DNA from: a virus
Strand: one strand, 5' to 3'
Length of the DNA stretch: 64,000 nucleotides
IMG/VR virus record: IMGVR_UViG_3300042396_000723
Span: 32,001-96,000 of that record
Of this stretch, positions 1 to 9,716 are shown piece by piece. The notes beneath the pieces are model-generated. The model was not told where the DNA came from. It ran no database searches and saw only the letters and a program-made list of their open reading frames with translations. Made by a program: the position numbers and the translations under genes. Numbering within the stretch: position 1 is the stretch's first letter; each line of letters starts with the position of its first letter.

Positions 1-213
1 GAGCAACTCGATTTTCCATTAGGTGAATGGACTCTCCATCAAGACACTGAGATCCTATCTCGCCCTTTCTAATTTTCAAACAGTGGCTTGTTTTATTTGT
101 CATTACCACCACAGGAATAGGGGGATAAGGTGGGGCTACTATGTATGCCGATAATTTCATAATTATTGATTTAGTCCTCTGCGCTAACTCCTATTATAGT
201 ACAAATCAAACCC

Positions 214-681
214 TCAATATCTCCGCCTTAAATATTCTGCCAATAATAACGCCTCTGCCCTCCCGTGATGTTTTTCGAGTTTAAGATTGTTAGTTTCACC
301 TGGAAACATCTGCAACGCCATCACCCTTGACGCTTTCTTATCTTTTCCTATTAGGCTGTAGTGCTTTTTCCATGCCTGGGGAGTAACAAACTCCATCGGG
401 ATTCCTAGCGTTGCAATAATCCCAAGCCAAATCCCAAAACCCATCCCAAAGTTAAAAGTAGAAGATACCCCTTGCTTGGGCATTGCATGAACATTCTCAA
501 TAATTAGGTGAGTATTGATGGTGATCATTTCCTTCAGTCCAGATGCCATTAATGTCGGGTTGGGGCGTATCTTTCCACTAATCTTAATCACTGGACAGTC
601 GAGAAATTTAACCTCACCATTAGAAATCCTACACACTGCCCCCGTCGCTCCGGGGTCAATTCCGATAAATGTTTTAGTCAT
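214..681 (-). CDS. RuvC-like Holliday junction resolvase (phage type)
   Basis: 155 aa; N-terminal FIGIDPGATGA motif typical of RuvC/YqgF-fold resolvases; last gene of the minus-strand block. Confidence 0.5.
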   Translation of the reverse strand: MTKTFIGIDPGATGAVCRISNGEVKFLDCPVIKISGKIRPNPTLMASGLKEMITINTHLIIENVHAMPKQGVSSTFNFGMGFGIWLGIIATLGIPMEFVTPQAWKKHYSLIGKDKKASRVMALQMFPGETNNLKLEKHHGRAEALLLAEYLRRRY

Positions 682-994
682 TATCCGTTGTTGTTTGTAA
701 ATAGTTGATAACAGATGGGCTATAGTCAGATATTAAAATTCTTTCAATTGCCCAAGAGAAGTTGTATTTATCAATTTTTTCACCAAGTCTTCTGCTTAGA
801 ATTTTAAATATTATTCTGATTTTATCGCCAATATAAGCAGATCCATAATTTAGATTTTTGGCAATCTCAGGATAAGTATTGTCGTTTAATATTCCCTCGA
901 GAATCTTTCTAGTCAAGCTATCAAGATGTTTTCCGGTCTCGGAAAATACCAAACTATCAACCAACCAGATATATTCTAACTGTTCCCTAGTCAC
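674..994 (-). CDS. small HTH protein (LuxR / sigma-70 region 4-like)
   Basis: 106 aa; segment EIAKNLNYGSAYIGDKIRIIFKIL resembles a LuxR-type HTH; 8-nt overlap with downstream gene. Confidence 0.3.
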   Translation of the reverse strand: MTREQLEYIWLVDSLVFSETGKHLDSLTRKILEGILNDNTYPEIAKNLNYGSAYIGDKIRIIFKILSRRLGEKIDKYNFSWAIERILISDYSPSVINYLQTTTDND

Positions 995-1319
995 CTATAA
1001 AATCTCCCTCCGCATGGTAGATCCCATTATGAATTTTAAAACCTTCAATATTCTCGGTTTCAATATCCGAAAAACTTACCCGTTCACTAACCATCCAGAT
1101 TAGTAATTTTTCTAAAGTGTCAAAAGCTGGAAGGTGTGGCAGTTCAAGCCTTAATCTATCGGGTGTTCCAAAAGCACCTTTAAAGTGAGTGCTGAATTTA
1201 AAGATAGAATAATGGCGATCGCTTACCCCTCTTGATATTTTTTCCACTTCATCGAGTAGGCATCCTAAGTTTTCCATCCTAAGTTTTCCATCCTTTCTTA
1301 GCACTGTTGGCATCCGCAA
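987..1319 (-). CDS. hypothetical protein
   Basis: 110 aa ORF in tight minus-strand array; 5' end overlaps a 14-bp tandem duplication. Confidence 0.3.
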   Translation of the reverse strand: MRMPTVLRKDGKLRMENLGCLLDEVEKISRGVSDRHYSIFKFSTHFKGAFGTPDRLRLELPHLPAFDTLEKLLIWMVSERVSFSDIETENIEGFKIHNGIYHAEGDFIGD

Positions 1320-1554
1320 AAGCTATATGATCTCGCGTTATTTGCCACTCGTAACGAGGTCTTAGTCCCTCTCCAATCCTAACACAATCCGAGTCTGTAT
1401 CAGTCAGAGGAGTCACACCATTCTGATATTTGAACAGGGTCTTAGTCACCCAATTGACATCGGTTAATAATTGATTCCCGCCGCGTTTTCTGGCAGTGGT
1501 AACAACTAACTCGGCAATCTCTGGATAATTTGATTTAACTTTTGACTTTTTCAT
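1279..1554 (-). CDS. hypothetical protein
   Basis: 91 aa ORF; stop codon lies inside the 14-bp tandem duplication at 1261-1288. Confidence 0.3.
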   Translation of the reverse strand: MKKSKVKSNYPEIAELVVTTARKRGGNQLLTDVNWVTKTLFKYQNGVTPLTDTDSDCVRIGEGLRPRYEWQITRDHIAFADANSAKKGWKT

Positions 1555-1884
1555 TTAAAATTCTTGATTGTTGTCTATGGTTTTCTTGAACTCTGAACCA
1601 ACGGGAGCTAAGTTTTCTCGCCAGCTTAACCATCGGGTTTGTTGGTTTAGTTTGGCGGCGTTATAGTCTTCTAGTGTGATGTTCCAATCCTCAACAGGAG
1701 CAAACTCTAAACCAAGATCAAGAATGGTTTTGACAGCCCCTTCACGGGGGTATTTGGCTTTAGGGTTTGTCGTCCGGTGATAGAGTGTCATCAAAATAAA
1801 GTCTTTGTTTTTGGGGATGGGATTGGGTTCTGGGATTAACAGGATTTGACTGTAGACTGATTCGACTACTTCTGGATATTGCAT
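1555..1884 (-). CDS. hypothetical protein
   Basis: 109 aa ORF abutting neighbours; no recognisable motif. Confidence 0.35.
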   Translation of the reverse strand: MQYPEVVESVYSQILLIPEPNPIPKNKDFILMTLYHRTTNPKAKYPREGAVKTILDLGLEFAPVEDWNITLEDYNAAKLNQQTRWLSWRENLAPVGSEFKKTIDNNQEF

Positions 1885-1891
1885 GAGGTTA

Positions 1892-2659
1892 TTAAGCTCT
1901 TGACGGTATCTTGTTAGTGTTGTCAGATGGAACTATTGAGGTAATACTTGAATCCCCATAATTATTCCACTGAACTATATTTGTCGCCTGCTTCCAGAGT
2001 TGTTGCACTCGGACTTTGTGAGGTAAAAATTCTTCGCTACAAAACTTTCCGAAGTAATCTATATCCCCATCATAACAATCAGTAATTAAATCCCTGGGAT
2101 ATTCAAAATCATAAATCCCGTAAATATTGTTAAAGTTTGCATCGGAATGTTTACCAGATCCCTCCCACAAACCAAATTGACCCCGAAACCACCCTCGACT
2201 TATATCTTCTCTCTTTTGGAATTGTTTACGTCTTTGTATCTCGTATTCGTAACCGTCAATCTCGCTACAGTCTTCCTGTTCATCAGGAGCGTAAAGCATC
2301 CCTATTGCTGTTTCCGAGTCAGGATCATAATGTGATGATATCCCGTTATCAAGCAAAGAAATCCCAACTAAAAGAATAAGCCCTTTGCAATTACAGTTTT
2401 CTATATTCTCCTTAATCTTCCGAACAGTTGCATCGTAATCATGGAACGGATAAACGGGTTTAACCTCAACAAATATCAATTCTTGTCTCCCTACTATCAC
2501 AAAGTCAGGTATCCATCCATCAAAATCGCAAGGTTCATATTCCCATTTCCAATTAAGTAAATCAAAGAAAGCCGCCCACTTAGCTTCTAATCTTGACCGG
2601 AATTGAATCCCATTATATCGAGTGGGTTTGTTTTTGATGGTGTAGTCAAATCCTTTCAT
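1892..2659 (-). CDS. PD-(D/E)xK nuclease-fold protein (putative)
   Basis: 255 aa; N-terminal RSRLEAKWAAFFD followed by IPDFVIV...LIFVEVKP, consistent with a D...(E)xK restriction-endonuclease-like core. Confidence 0.4.
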   Translation of the reverse strand: MKGFDYTIKNKPTRYNGIQFRSRLEAKWAAFFDLLNWKWEYEPCDFDGWIPDFVIVGRQELIFVEVKPVYPFHDYDATVRKIKENIENCNCKGLILLVGISLLDNGISSHYDPDSETAIGMLYAPDEQEDCSEIDGYEYEIQRRKQFQKREDISRGWFRGQFGLWEGSGKHSDANFNNIYGIYDFEYPRDLITDCYDGDIDYFGKFCSEEFLPHKVRVQQLWKQATNIVQWNNYGDSSITSIVPSDNTNKIPSRA

Positions 2660-2695
2660 GTTTTCCTCTTATTTGCTAATGTTTGCAATTCAAAA

Positions 2696-3316
2696 TTACC
2701 AACTCGGATTACCGCCATTAACGGCATCCGTCATGTATTTAGTTCTACGATGCCAACCCGACTTAAACACGGTTTGAGAAGGTCTACTGGTATAAATTGA
2801 GGTGTAATAACTATCTTGAGACTTGAGATAGTTTAACGCCTGTTCCTGCGGTGTTGACCCTGAGATATCCCACTTTTTACCACTATTAACATAACTATTC
2901 ATAATAGCTAAATTAAGCGGTTTCTGGGCTTTATCTGCACCTGAAGCTATCCAGTAGTCGGTGTGATATATCTTTATTGCTTGGGGTAAAGTTATTGAGG
3001 AAACGTTTAACCCGTGCCGTTTGGCTACACTTTCAATAATACCATACTTGGTTTTCCCACCGCCATCGGCAGGGTGATCCGACCAACCTCCTTCTACCTT
3101 CAAAATGTGACTTATAGCCCATGCAAAACCCTCGTCATTTATACCAGCTTGACTAACAGCTTTCTTAATCTCTTCAGGGGCTTGTGCTTTGGAAATATCA
3201 CCGGAAACATTACCCGATGGATTAGCACCCGTTACTGATTGAATTGCGGGGGATTGTAATAAATTGATAAGTGTAAACCCCGTTACCCCTAACATCATTA
3301 AGTTATTGAAAATCAT
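2696..3316 (-). CDS. GH108-type lysozyme with peptidoglycan-binding domain (endolysin candidate)
   Basis: 206 aa; EGGWSDHPADGGGKTKYGI matches the GH108 N-terminal signature; hydrophobic N-terminus. Confidence 0.75.
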   Translation of the reverse strand: MIFNNLMMLGVTGFTLINLLQSPAIQSVTGANPSGNVSGDISKAQAPEEIKKAVSQAGINDEGFAWAISHILKVEGGWSDHPADGGGKTKYGIIESVAKRHGLNVSSITLPQAIKIYHTDYWIASGADKAQKPLNLAIMNSYVNSGKKWDISGSTPQEQALNYLKSQDSYYTSIYTSRPSQTVFKSGWHRRTKYMTDAVNGGNPSW

Positions 3317-3909
3317 TTTTTCGGCTCCATTATTGGGATTACTTTTTTAGGGTCAATATATTTCCCGTTGAGTTTTATTCCTAAGTGCAGGTGATTTCCG
3401 GTTGATGTTCCCGTAGTACCAACTAGAGCTATGGGAGTACCTGCTTTGACCGACTGACCCTTTTGAGCTAAAACTTTCGAGGCGTGGCAGTATTTGGACA
3501 GGTAGCCACCTGAGTGATTGATCTCAACTGCATTGCCACAACCGCCCATGTCACCCGCAAAAGACACCTGACCATCGGCAACGGCTAAGATGTTTGCACC
3601 CCCCGGCGCTGCAAAATCAATCCCGTTGTGCATTTTTTGCCCTCCCGTTACAGGATGCTCTCTCATACCAAACCCAGAAGATATTGTGTAAGGGGTTGAA
3701 TGGGGATAGATAAACTTAGGGGCGTTTTTACCTAACGTAATTGTTTCTGATGTTGTTGTTGATTGGGATTGAGGAACTGAGGTAGAGGGTGATCCAAACT
3801 TAAAAATGCTAAAGCCCACAAGCAAAACAGAAACGAAACACCAGAACCAAACATCATCAAGCTGTTCCTCACAATCCCTTATCCTCTCCTCCAATTTCCG
3901 GTTCAACAT
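3313..3909 (-). CDS. M23 family metallopeptidase (LytM-like)
   Basis: 198 aa; HNGIDF and GNHLHLG zinc-ligand motifs; N-terminal membrane anchor. Confidence 0.8.
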   Translation of the reverse strand: MLNRKLEERIRDCEEQLDDVWFWCFVSVLLVGFSIFKFGSPSTSVPQSQSTTTSETITLGKNAPKFIYPHSTPYTISSGFGMREHPVTGGQKMHNGIDFAAPGGANILAVADGQVSFAGDMGGCGNAVEINHSGGYLSKYCHASKVLAQKGQSVKAGTPIALVGTTGTSTGNHLHLGIKLNGKYIDPKKVIPIMEPKK

Positions 3910-3913
3910 TGCC

Positions 3914-4264
3914 TTATTTTCCCCCCATATCTTGCTTGCCTATTTGTTCTGATTTATCGTTTTTGGGAACGTCAAGGTTGTAGCGCGATCGCAAGCCACC
4001 TAATTTAAACTCGCCACTAAATAGGTTTTTAGCTGTCTCTTTCTTTTCGGGTTTAGTGGAATCGGAAGATTTTTTATCATCGGTTTTGGGTTCTTCTTTA
4101 GGTTTTGCCCAGTCCTCCTTGGGTATCTGCCTAGTTATTTCTGGGATGGTTTTTACCGTTTCGGCTACACCCTTTTTAAACCACCAAGGGATTGACTGAT
4201 TCCAACAAAAGTAAATCAGAAATACCCAACCCAGAACAGATCCAAAATAGAATAAAACTCTCAT
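3914..4264 (-). CDS. small membrane protein
   Basis: 116 aa; N-terminal hydrophobic segment, lysine-rich C-terminus; start/stop overlap with neighbours. Confidence 0.35.
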   Translation of the reverse strand: MRVLFYFGSVLGWVFLIYFCWNQSIPWWFKKGVAETVKTIPEITRQIPKEDWAKPKEEPKTDDKKSSDSTKPEKKETAKNLFSGEFKLGGLRSRYNLDVPKNDKSEQIGKQDMGGK

Positions 4265-4500
4265 TATTTAACATCCTCCAGTGATTCAATTGGGGTAATG
4301 GTTGAATCGGAATCGTCACCTTGACCGGGGGGAAGTTGACGATTATTTGTGGCATTTATAGACCCGCCGAACCAATAGGTTAAAGTCCCTACACTTTTCT
4401 CGAATAATGTCTTGATAGCGGTTTCAACTGTCATCCCTCTGACTCCAAAAAAGACAAGTAAAGTTAGCGCAGAAACGAAAACAATTCTTGAGGGTTTCAT
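4264..4500 (-). CDS. small secreted/membrane protein
   Basis: 78 aa with signal-peptide-like N-terminus. Confidence 0.3.
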   Translation of the reverse strand: MKPSRIVFVSALTLLVFFGVRGMTVETAIKTLFEKSVGTLTYWFGGSINATNNRQLPPGQGDDSDSTITPIESLEDVK

Positions 4501-4512
4501 AAGTAAAGGCTC

Positions 4513-5985
4513 CTATTTATTAATTAAGACTTTGGACTGAGAGGACTGAGATAATTGAGACTCCCATGCGGGTTTGAGGTAATTCGTGTAACGCTTGTTA
4601 GTAGAACGCGGCTCTATTCCTAACTCGCTACAAATTTGTTTTAGGGGTGATGGAATCAAACCGTGGGAATATTTAAAAGCCCGAAGTTCAAGAGAAGATT
4701 TAAACAGGGCAGTATTAACCTGCTCCCACCAATCACTATCCGGGTCGGTTGATTTGGCACTGGCAAAGGTAACGTTAAATCCTGATAGGTCAGGAATTGA
4801 AACTACTCTTGATTGCCCTTTGATTGTGCAGATAGCGGGTCTTTTCCCTTCCTTGAGCAACCTTTCAGCTATCTCTATTAACCCCGTTTTCTCCCCTGCT
4901 AAATACCGTAACTGCGATTCAGGGATTGATGGGTAGCAGATTATTAATTGAGCTAAATTTTCCAGTGTTGCCAAAGTAAAACCACCCTCACCGACGGACG
5001 CGGATTGACCCACGGGGATTAACTTAATCTTGTAGCCTCTACCCTGCTTAATGATCTCAATTAGCTTATCGAGCCGGGAATTGGTTTTGTCTGACTTGTA
5101 TCGTTCCACGATACTGTCAAATTCTTCGCAGATTAGGCAAATCGGAGTCAGGTCAACTTGAATTTCTGATATCTTTTTGGCTCCGTTTTTGGCTCCGTCA
5201 ACACAAGCCTTAATCCGTTTATCTAATTGGGCGTGAACGTGATCAATTAGGCTATCAATCTCGTCATCGGGTTGCTTGATCCATTCGGTGTCCAACCCAA
5301 ACCAATTATTAAGATAACCGTCATTATCGGGCTTTCCATAGTTCGGGTCAGCAATAAACAGTTGACCATCGGGGTTATTCTCAAGCCATTGACTGATTAT
5401 CAATCCCAGGAGTTTAGATTTTCCCGACCCCGTGCCACCCGTTAGCCTTTGATGTGGCAACGATAGAAATTCGGATACCCAACCCGAATCATCTTTGATT
5501 GATTGAAACTTAGACTTGATTTCCGGTGGGATAGCGCGGATCAACAGTTGAGATGATTTGGCATAACCTTTTTCTCCAAAGTCCCCTAGACTATCCAAAG
5601 CCTGACCAACTCCCCAAACTGTCCAACTAACTGATTTAGCCAAGGTATCGGGGACGGTGCGGGGTAGATCCTCAAGTTTGACCATAGACTCATCCCCTAG
5701 TATCAACCCCGCTAAAGCACCAAGGCATCCCACGCCCGCTAAATATAGAAGGATTGAATTATTAACGGGTTTACGCTCAATTACCAAAACGCTACCCCAT
5801 TCTCCTTTCTGAGATTGGTGGGGTGAGATACCTTTTAAATCCTCAATCTGAACAGTCGCAGCGCTGAATAAACCAATGGCTGAAAATCCTAAACTTGCTG
5901 CAACGGCAACCCCCCAATTATCCTTAGTGAAGTTATTTGGTCTTGCCATCTTTAGCCTCCTTTTCTGCCAATTGTTTAGCCTCAA
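4513..5985 (-). CDS. FtsK/SpoIIIE-family P-loop ATPase with N-terminal membrane anchor
   Basis: 490 aa; two N-terminal TM segments; Walker A GGTGSGKS followed by LFIADPNYG (FtsK-like hhhhDPK), Walker B LICEEFD, then QGRGYKIKLIPVGQS. Confidence 0.55.
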   Translation of the reverse strand: MRLNNWQKRRLKMARPNNFTKDNWGVAVAASLGFSAIGLFSAATVQIEDLKGISPHQSQKGEWGSVLVIERKPVNNSILLYLAGVGCLGALAGLILGDESMVKLEDLPRTVPDTLAKSVSWTVWGVGQALDSLGDFGEKGYAKSSQLLIRAIPPEIKSKFQSIKDDSGWVSEFLSLPHQRLTGGTGSGKSKLLGLIISQWLENNPDGQLFIADPNYGKPDNDGYLNNWFGLDTEWIKQPDDEIDSLIDHVHAQLDKRIKACVDGAKNGAKKISEIQVDLTPICLICEEFDSIVERYKSDKTNSRLDKLIEIIKQGRGYKIKLIPVGQSASVGEGGFTLATLENLAQLIICYPSIPESQLRYLAGEKTGLIEIAERLLKEGKRPAICTIKGQSRVVSIPDLSGFNVTFASAKSTDPDSDWWEQVNTALFKSSLELRAFKYSHGLIPSPLKQICSELGIEPRSTNKRYTNYLKPAWESQLSQSSQSKVLINK

Positions 5986-6739
5986 GTTCTAATTGCTTTT
6001 GAAGGGCCTCAGTCCGCTTCTGCTGCTCGTAGGTTAAAGCTCTAAGTGTCATGGCAACCTCAGAGAACCGACGGACATCACTCGCCAAAACCGAGACATT
6101 AACAGAGGTAAACTTTAATTGAATTTGATCTGCCGATGTAGTTTCCCAATGGCGTTTTAGTGCCAAAAGATTTCCCCAAACCTCAAACAACAAATCAGCC
6201 GCTTGCTTCCGTTCTTTAGGTGAACCGTTAAATTCTCCCTCTAGCGTAGCTTTATCAAGTTTGTTAGCCAGAAAGTTGATTTTCTTAATCAGAAATAACT
6301 CAATAGAAATGGGTTTCTTTTCAATCTCAGAACGAGCTTGCAACAGGAATGTTTCTGCTACCGCTTCACTCAAGTTGTTAACTTGAAAACCTACCTCGTT
6401 TAATGACTTATCTAATAGCTCATTTCGTGCCATTTCTAAGTCAGGGGATGGTTGAAATTCTCCAGAATTATCATTAGCTTCGGTCGAGGTTTCCCCTGTT
6501 GGTTCTACCGTCATTTGCTGAACTTCGGCACTTTCAGCTACGGGAACGTTAGGAGCAAACTTCTTGATAATTCCTGATTTATTCCCGACTAAGGTAATAA
6601 AACTACAAACTGCAATAACTGTTAGTAAAACCGCTACTCGTTTTCGTGTTTTATTAGGCTTTCTAGGTTCCCTCTGAGTGGCTTCTGAATCCCCACTAAA
6701 AGCTGGTAAGTCATCACTAGGCTGTAAACTGTCTAACAT
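5933..6739 (-). CDS. membrane-anchored coiled-coil protein
   Basis: 268 aa; one TM segment (VAVLLTVIAVCSFITLVG) and coiled-coil-like C-terminus. Confidence 0.4.
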   Translation of the reverse strand: MLDSLQPSDDLPAFSGDSEATQREPRKPNKTRKRVAVLLTVIAVCSFITLVGNKSGIIKKFAPNVPVAESAEVQQMTVEPTGETSTEANDNSGEFQPSPDLEMARNELLDKSLNEVGFQVNNLSEAVAETFLLQARSEIEKKPISIELFLIKKINFLANKLDKATLEGEFNGSPKERKQAADLLFEVWGNLLALKRHWETTSADQIQLKFTSVNVSVLASDVRRFSEVAMTLRALTYEQQKRTEALQKQLELEAKQLAEKEAKDGKTK

Positions 6740-6744
6740 CTATA

Positions 6745-7170
6745 TCAATCTCCCTGTGCATGGTGTGAGGTTTTGATTTTCTGGGCGTTGGTGTTTGGAG
6801 TGGTGTTTTCGGGCGAAAGTACCTTTCCATAGAGTTCAAGGGCTTCAAAGTATTCAGGACTCCCAGGCTGAAGGCAATTCAGGTGATTCTCGGTTGCCCT
6901 TTGGATCAGTTCACCCAACACAAGGTTAAAGTCTGGTTTTGTGTCTGATCTGTTGGGGCTTGTTTCCTTGTTTGATTGGGTGTTATTGCGGGTTGTGATA
7001 GCCAAGAGTGCAGTAGTTGTGGAACTAGCTATTAATCCGATAAAACCCCCGTATTGACCCATTCTAACCTCTGATATTTCCGGTTCTAATGTTAGGGATA
7101 ACAGGACTGAACTAAGACCACCAATCACAGTTCCAACCATGATCGCCTTAACGGGTTCTGGGATTTTCAT
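6745..7170 (-). CDS. membrane protein
   Basis: 141 aa; two hydrophobic segments. Confidence 0.4.
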   Translation of the reverse strand: MKIPEPVKAIMVGTVIGGLSSVLLSLTLEPEISEVRMGQYGGFIGLIASSTTTALLAITTRNNTQSNKETSPNRSDTKPDFNLVLGELIQRATENHLNCLQPGSPEYFEALELYGKVLSPENTTPNTNAQKIKTSHHAQGD

Positions 7171-7460
7171 ATTGATAGTTTTGGGATTGTTCCCTGATTC
7201 GACTAAAAACTACTTGATTGCTAAATATTAAAAACCCAATAAAGAATGCTGTTAAATAATAAATAGTATTCATTAGAAACAACCTCCCATTAAAAAGGGC
7301 ATTACGTTATGTGAGCAGTAAACTCCAAATAGATTAACCAAGTCGATAACGATTCCCACTTAAAACCCTCCCATTAATAATTCTAATTGTTGACTGATTT
7401 CCTTGGGTTGAGGGATTTTTAGGATAACTTCTATTCTCTCAACCCGTGTTTCTAGTTCGT

Positions 7461-7970
7461 TTATTCTCCGAAAAAACTTCTCACAGCTAACTGGGATTTT
7501 TTTGACTTTCCCACCGCTTCGTTAAGTTGCTGTTCTAAAGCCTCAATTGAGATTTCTTGATCAAAGTCTAAGAGGTTTCCTAACTCATCCCCGGACGCTT
7601 GATCAATTGCATTCTTGTACTCAGGAATCCCAACTAATAAAGCCTTGGCGGATTCAATTTCATCGTCTGCAATTTCATTTAAGAAAGCCAATTGTTTTGC
7701 TTTTTTAAATAGTTTAGCATCTTCCCGCCCGGAGTTTTGACCCGCAACAACAACGGCTTTAGTGTTAACAATCGCGTTATCCTTAGCTTTCTTTTGGGTC
7801 TTAACAACTGCATCATTGAGTTGATCTGTTGTACTCCCTTTGGTGATAGCTGATTTAGTCTGCTGTTTCGGCTGTTCCGCCTGGGTTTGGGGTTTCCGTG
7901 AGTTCTGATACAACTCGGTAAGTTCCGGTTGAGTGTTGTTGTCGGTAGCTTGTGATTCTTGATAGGACAT
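7461..7970 (-). CDS. hypothetical protein
   Basis: 169 aa; 5' end overlaps ORF 7855-8328 by 116 nt, so one of the two starts is doubtful. Confidence 0.3.
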   Translation of the reverse strand: MSYQESQATDNNTQPELTELYQNSRKPQTQAEQPKQQTKSAITKGSTTDQLNDAVVKTQKKAKDNAIVNTKAVVVAGQNSGREDAKLFKKAKQLAFLNEIADDEIESAKALLVGIPEYKNAIDQASGDELGNLLDFDQEISIEALEQQLNEAVGKSKKSQLAVRSFFGE

Positions 7971-8328
7971 CGACTTTAAACTCCTTAAATAGTTGGGTTG
8001 TGTTTAGCATTAACATCTTCTGGAAAACTTCTATCTCGATAGATAAACCGTTGTTTAAACAGTGGTGATAGAGGCTTTGGAACTGATAGTAGGTATGGTG
8101 TGGGTATTTGGAACTAACAAAAATATGCAATAGGTACAAGATGTTTAATTCCGCCCAATCAACAGGTTTTCTTGTTATCCCCAAAACCCCTTTTCTGTCT
8201 GCGATTGTCTGGTGGGAAACCTTGAAAATCAACTGAATCTCTTTTGAGGAAAATGGTTCTAAAGCGTTTTCGTCTCTAAGATCTATTGTTTTCCTAATTC
8301 CCCCTTGCCTCGATCTAAAATCGCCCAT
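7855..8328 (-). CDS. hypothetical protein
   Basis: 157 aa; overlaps previous ORF. Confidence 0.25.
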   Translation of the reverse strand: MGDFRSRQGGIRKTIDLRDENALEPFSSKEIQLIFKVSHQTIADRKGVLGITRKPVDWAELNILYLLHIFVSSKYPHHTYYQFQSLYHHCLNNGLSIEIEVFQKMLMLNTTQLFKEFKVDVLSRITSYRQQHSTGTYRVVSELTETPNPGGTAETAD

Positions 8329-8451
8329 TCATGGCTTCCTATAGTCCTCCGTTCTGGGTTTACTCAGGCTTGATTTAACCTGATGTACCAATAGTAAACC
8401 CACCTCTAAGGGTGGGCATAGGGGAAAATACATCTGGGGTGGAATTTGCCA

Positions 8452-8655
8452 CTACTGATTATTCTTTTCCTGCCATTCCATAACATAAAGCGTGTGTTTG
8501 CAAAATCGTTTCAATACATCTCGGTCAACCCATAAGTCCACAAAGGTATTATCTTGATTAATCGTTGCAATACAGTATTGACCATTAAGGTTTTGCCCTA
8601 ATTTTATTTCCCCTTTTAGGTGATGGACTTCTTGAGAGTGTGAATAATTGTCCAT
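8452..8655 (-). CDS. hypothetical protein
   Basis: 67 aa; start overlaps upstream stop. Confidence 0.3.
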   Translation of the reverse strand: MDNYSHSQEVHHLKGEIKLGQNLNGQYCIATINQDNTFVDLWVDRDVLKRFCKHTLYVMEWQEKNNQ

Positions 8656-8852
8656 TATATTTTTCCCTCTGATTGTGCTAACAAACCTAAGTGGCGACGA
8701 AATTGAACGTATTGGGGTTTAGGGTCGTAGCCTTTGCGACGGTGATTTTTTACCGTGTCAGGGTCGGCTCCTGTTAACAATGAAATTTGGTTGATGGATT
8801 TTCCGGTAAGTAAACGAAATTCATCTACAGATAGTTCTTTTTGTGCAAACAT
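8655..8852 (-). CDS. hypothetical small protein
   Basis: 65 aa; first gene after a divergent intergenic region. Confidence 0.3.
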   Translation of the reverse strand: MFAQKELSVDEFRLLTGKSINQISLLTGADPDTVKNHRRKGYDPKPQYVQFRRHLGLLAQSEGKI

Positions 8853-8977
8853 TGTAATAGCCTCAACTGGGTTAAAGAATGGGTTGGGGTGGGGCTGATC
8901 GGCTGATATCCGGTCAGCCCCTTTCAGTATTTGTGTTAATGTTATGCTGATTATATGCTAAACGACATAAAAAAACA

Positions 8978-9229
8978 ATGGACAAAAGGTATAGAATTAC
9001 GATTAAGATCCCTGCGTGGCATAATAAGCGATTAAGGGAATGGGCAGCACTCAAGGGTGTAGCACCCACAACCTTGGCGGGTAACGTATTGCAAGCTCGA
9101 ATAGAAGCAAACGACGAACAAATTGTGGCGATGTTAAAGTCTCGGTCTGAGGATGAAGGATTAACTATTGAGGAATTTATTAAAAAGATTGTCAATGATT
9201 CAGATGATCAAGAAAAGCCCACTAGGTAG
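8978..9229 (+). CDS. ribbon-helix-helix-like small DNA-binding protein (putative)
   Basis: 83 aa; N-terminal RITIKIPAWHNKRLREWAALKGV resembles an RHH beta-strand plus helix; lone plus-strand gene inside minus block. Confidence 0.4.
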   Translation: MDKRYRITIKIPAWHNKRLREWAALKGVAPTTLAGNVLQARIEANDEQIVAMLKSRSEDEGLTIEEFIKKIVNDSDDQEKPTR

Positions 9230-9281
9230 AGTGAGCTTCTTTGGAGTTATCGGGAATAAGGGCAGGAGTTGTAAGATTGTT

Positions 9282-9716
9282 TTAAATAAGACTGTTCAAA
9301 CTATTTACAATTTCTTCCTTATTGATTTCATCATCTACAAATCTTTTTGCATTGATTGAATCAATTAAAAATTGAAAAGCTCTTGATTCAGTAAGATACA
9401 TTGGGATATTTAAAACGTTGTCAAGTTCACCGTTAAATATTTTATTTGCTATTATCACGGCATCCTCAACATTTAGAACGCCATCATGCACCAACAATTC
9501 CACAATGCCAATTAATCCCATGTAGAATCCAGCTTTTAATAAATCCGAATAATCGGGTTTTACTATTTTGGCTTTTTCGTTAATTTCAACCGTAGATTTA
9601 TGAGCTAAACTGTATTCTAAACAGTATTTGAAATTATCTGGGTTCAATTGTGAGAGTAAAATAACGCCTTTTTCACTCACAAACTTTGAGCCAGAATCTA
9701 ATTCTTTAATGTCCAT
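9282..9716 (-). CDS. hypothetical protein
   Basis: 144 aa; AT-rich ORF convergent with the RHH gene. Confidence 0.35.
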   Translation of the reverse strand: MDIKELDSGSKFVSEKGVILLSQLNPDNFKYCLEYSLAHKSTVEINEKAKIVKPDYSDLLKAGFYMGLIGIVELLVHDGVLNVEDAVIIANKIFNGELDNVLNIPMYLTESRAFQFLIDSINAKRFVDDEINKEEIVNSLNSLI

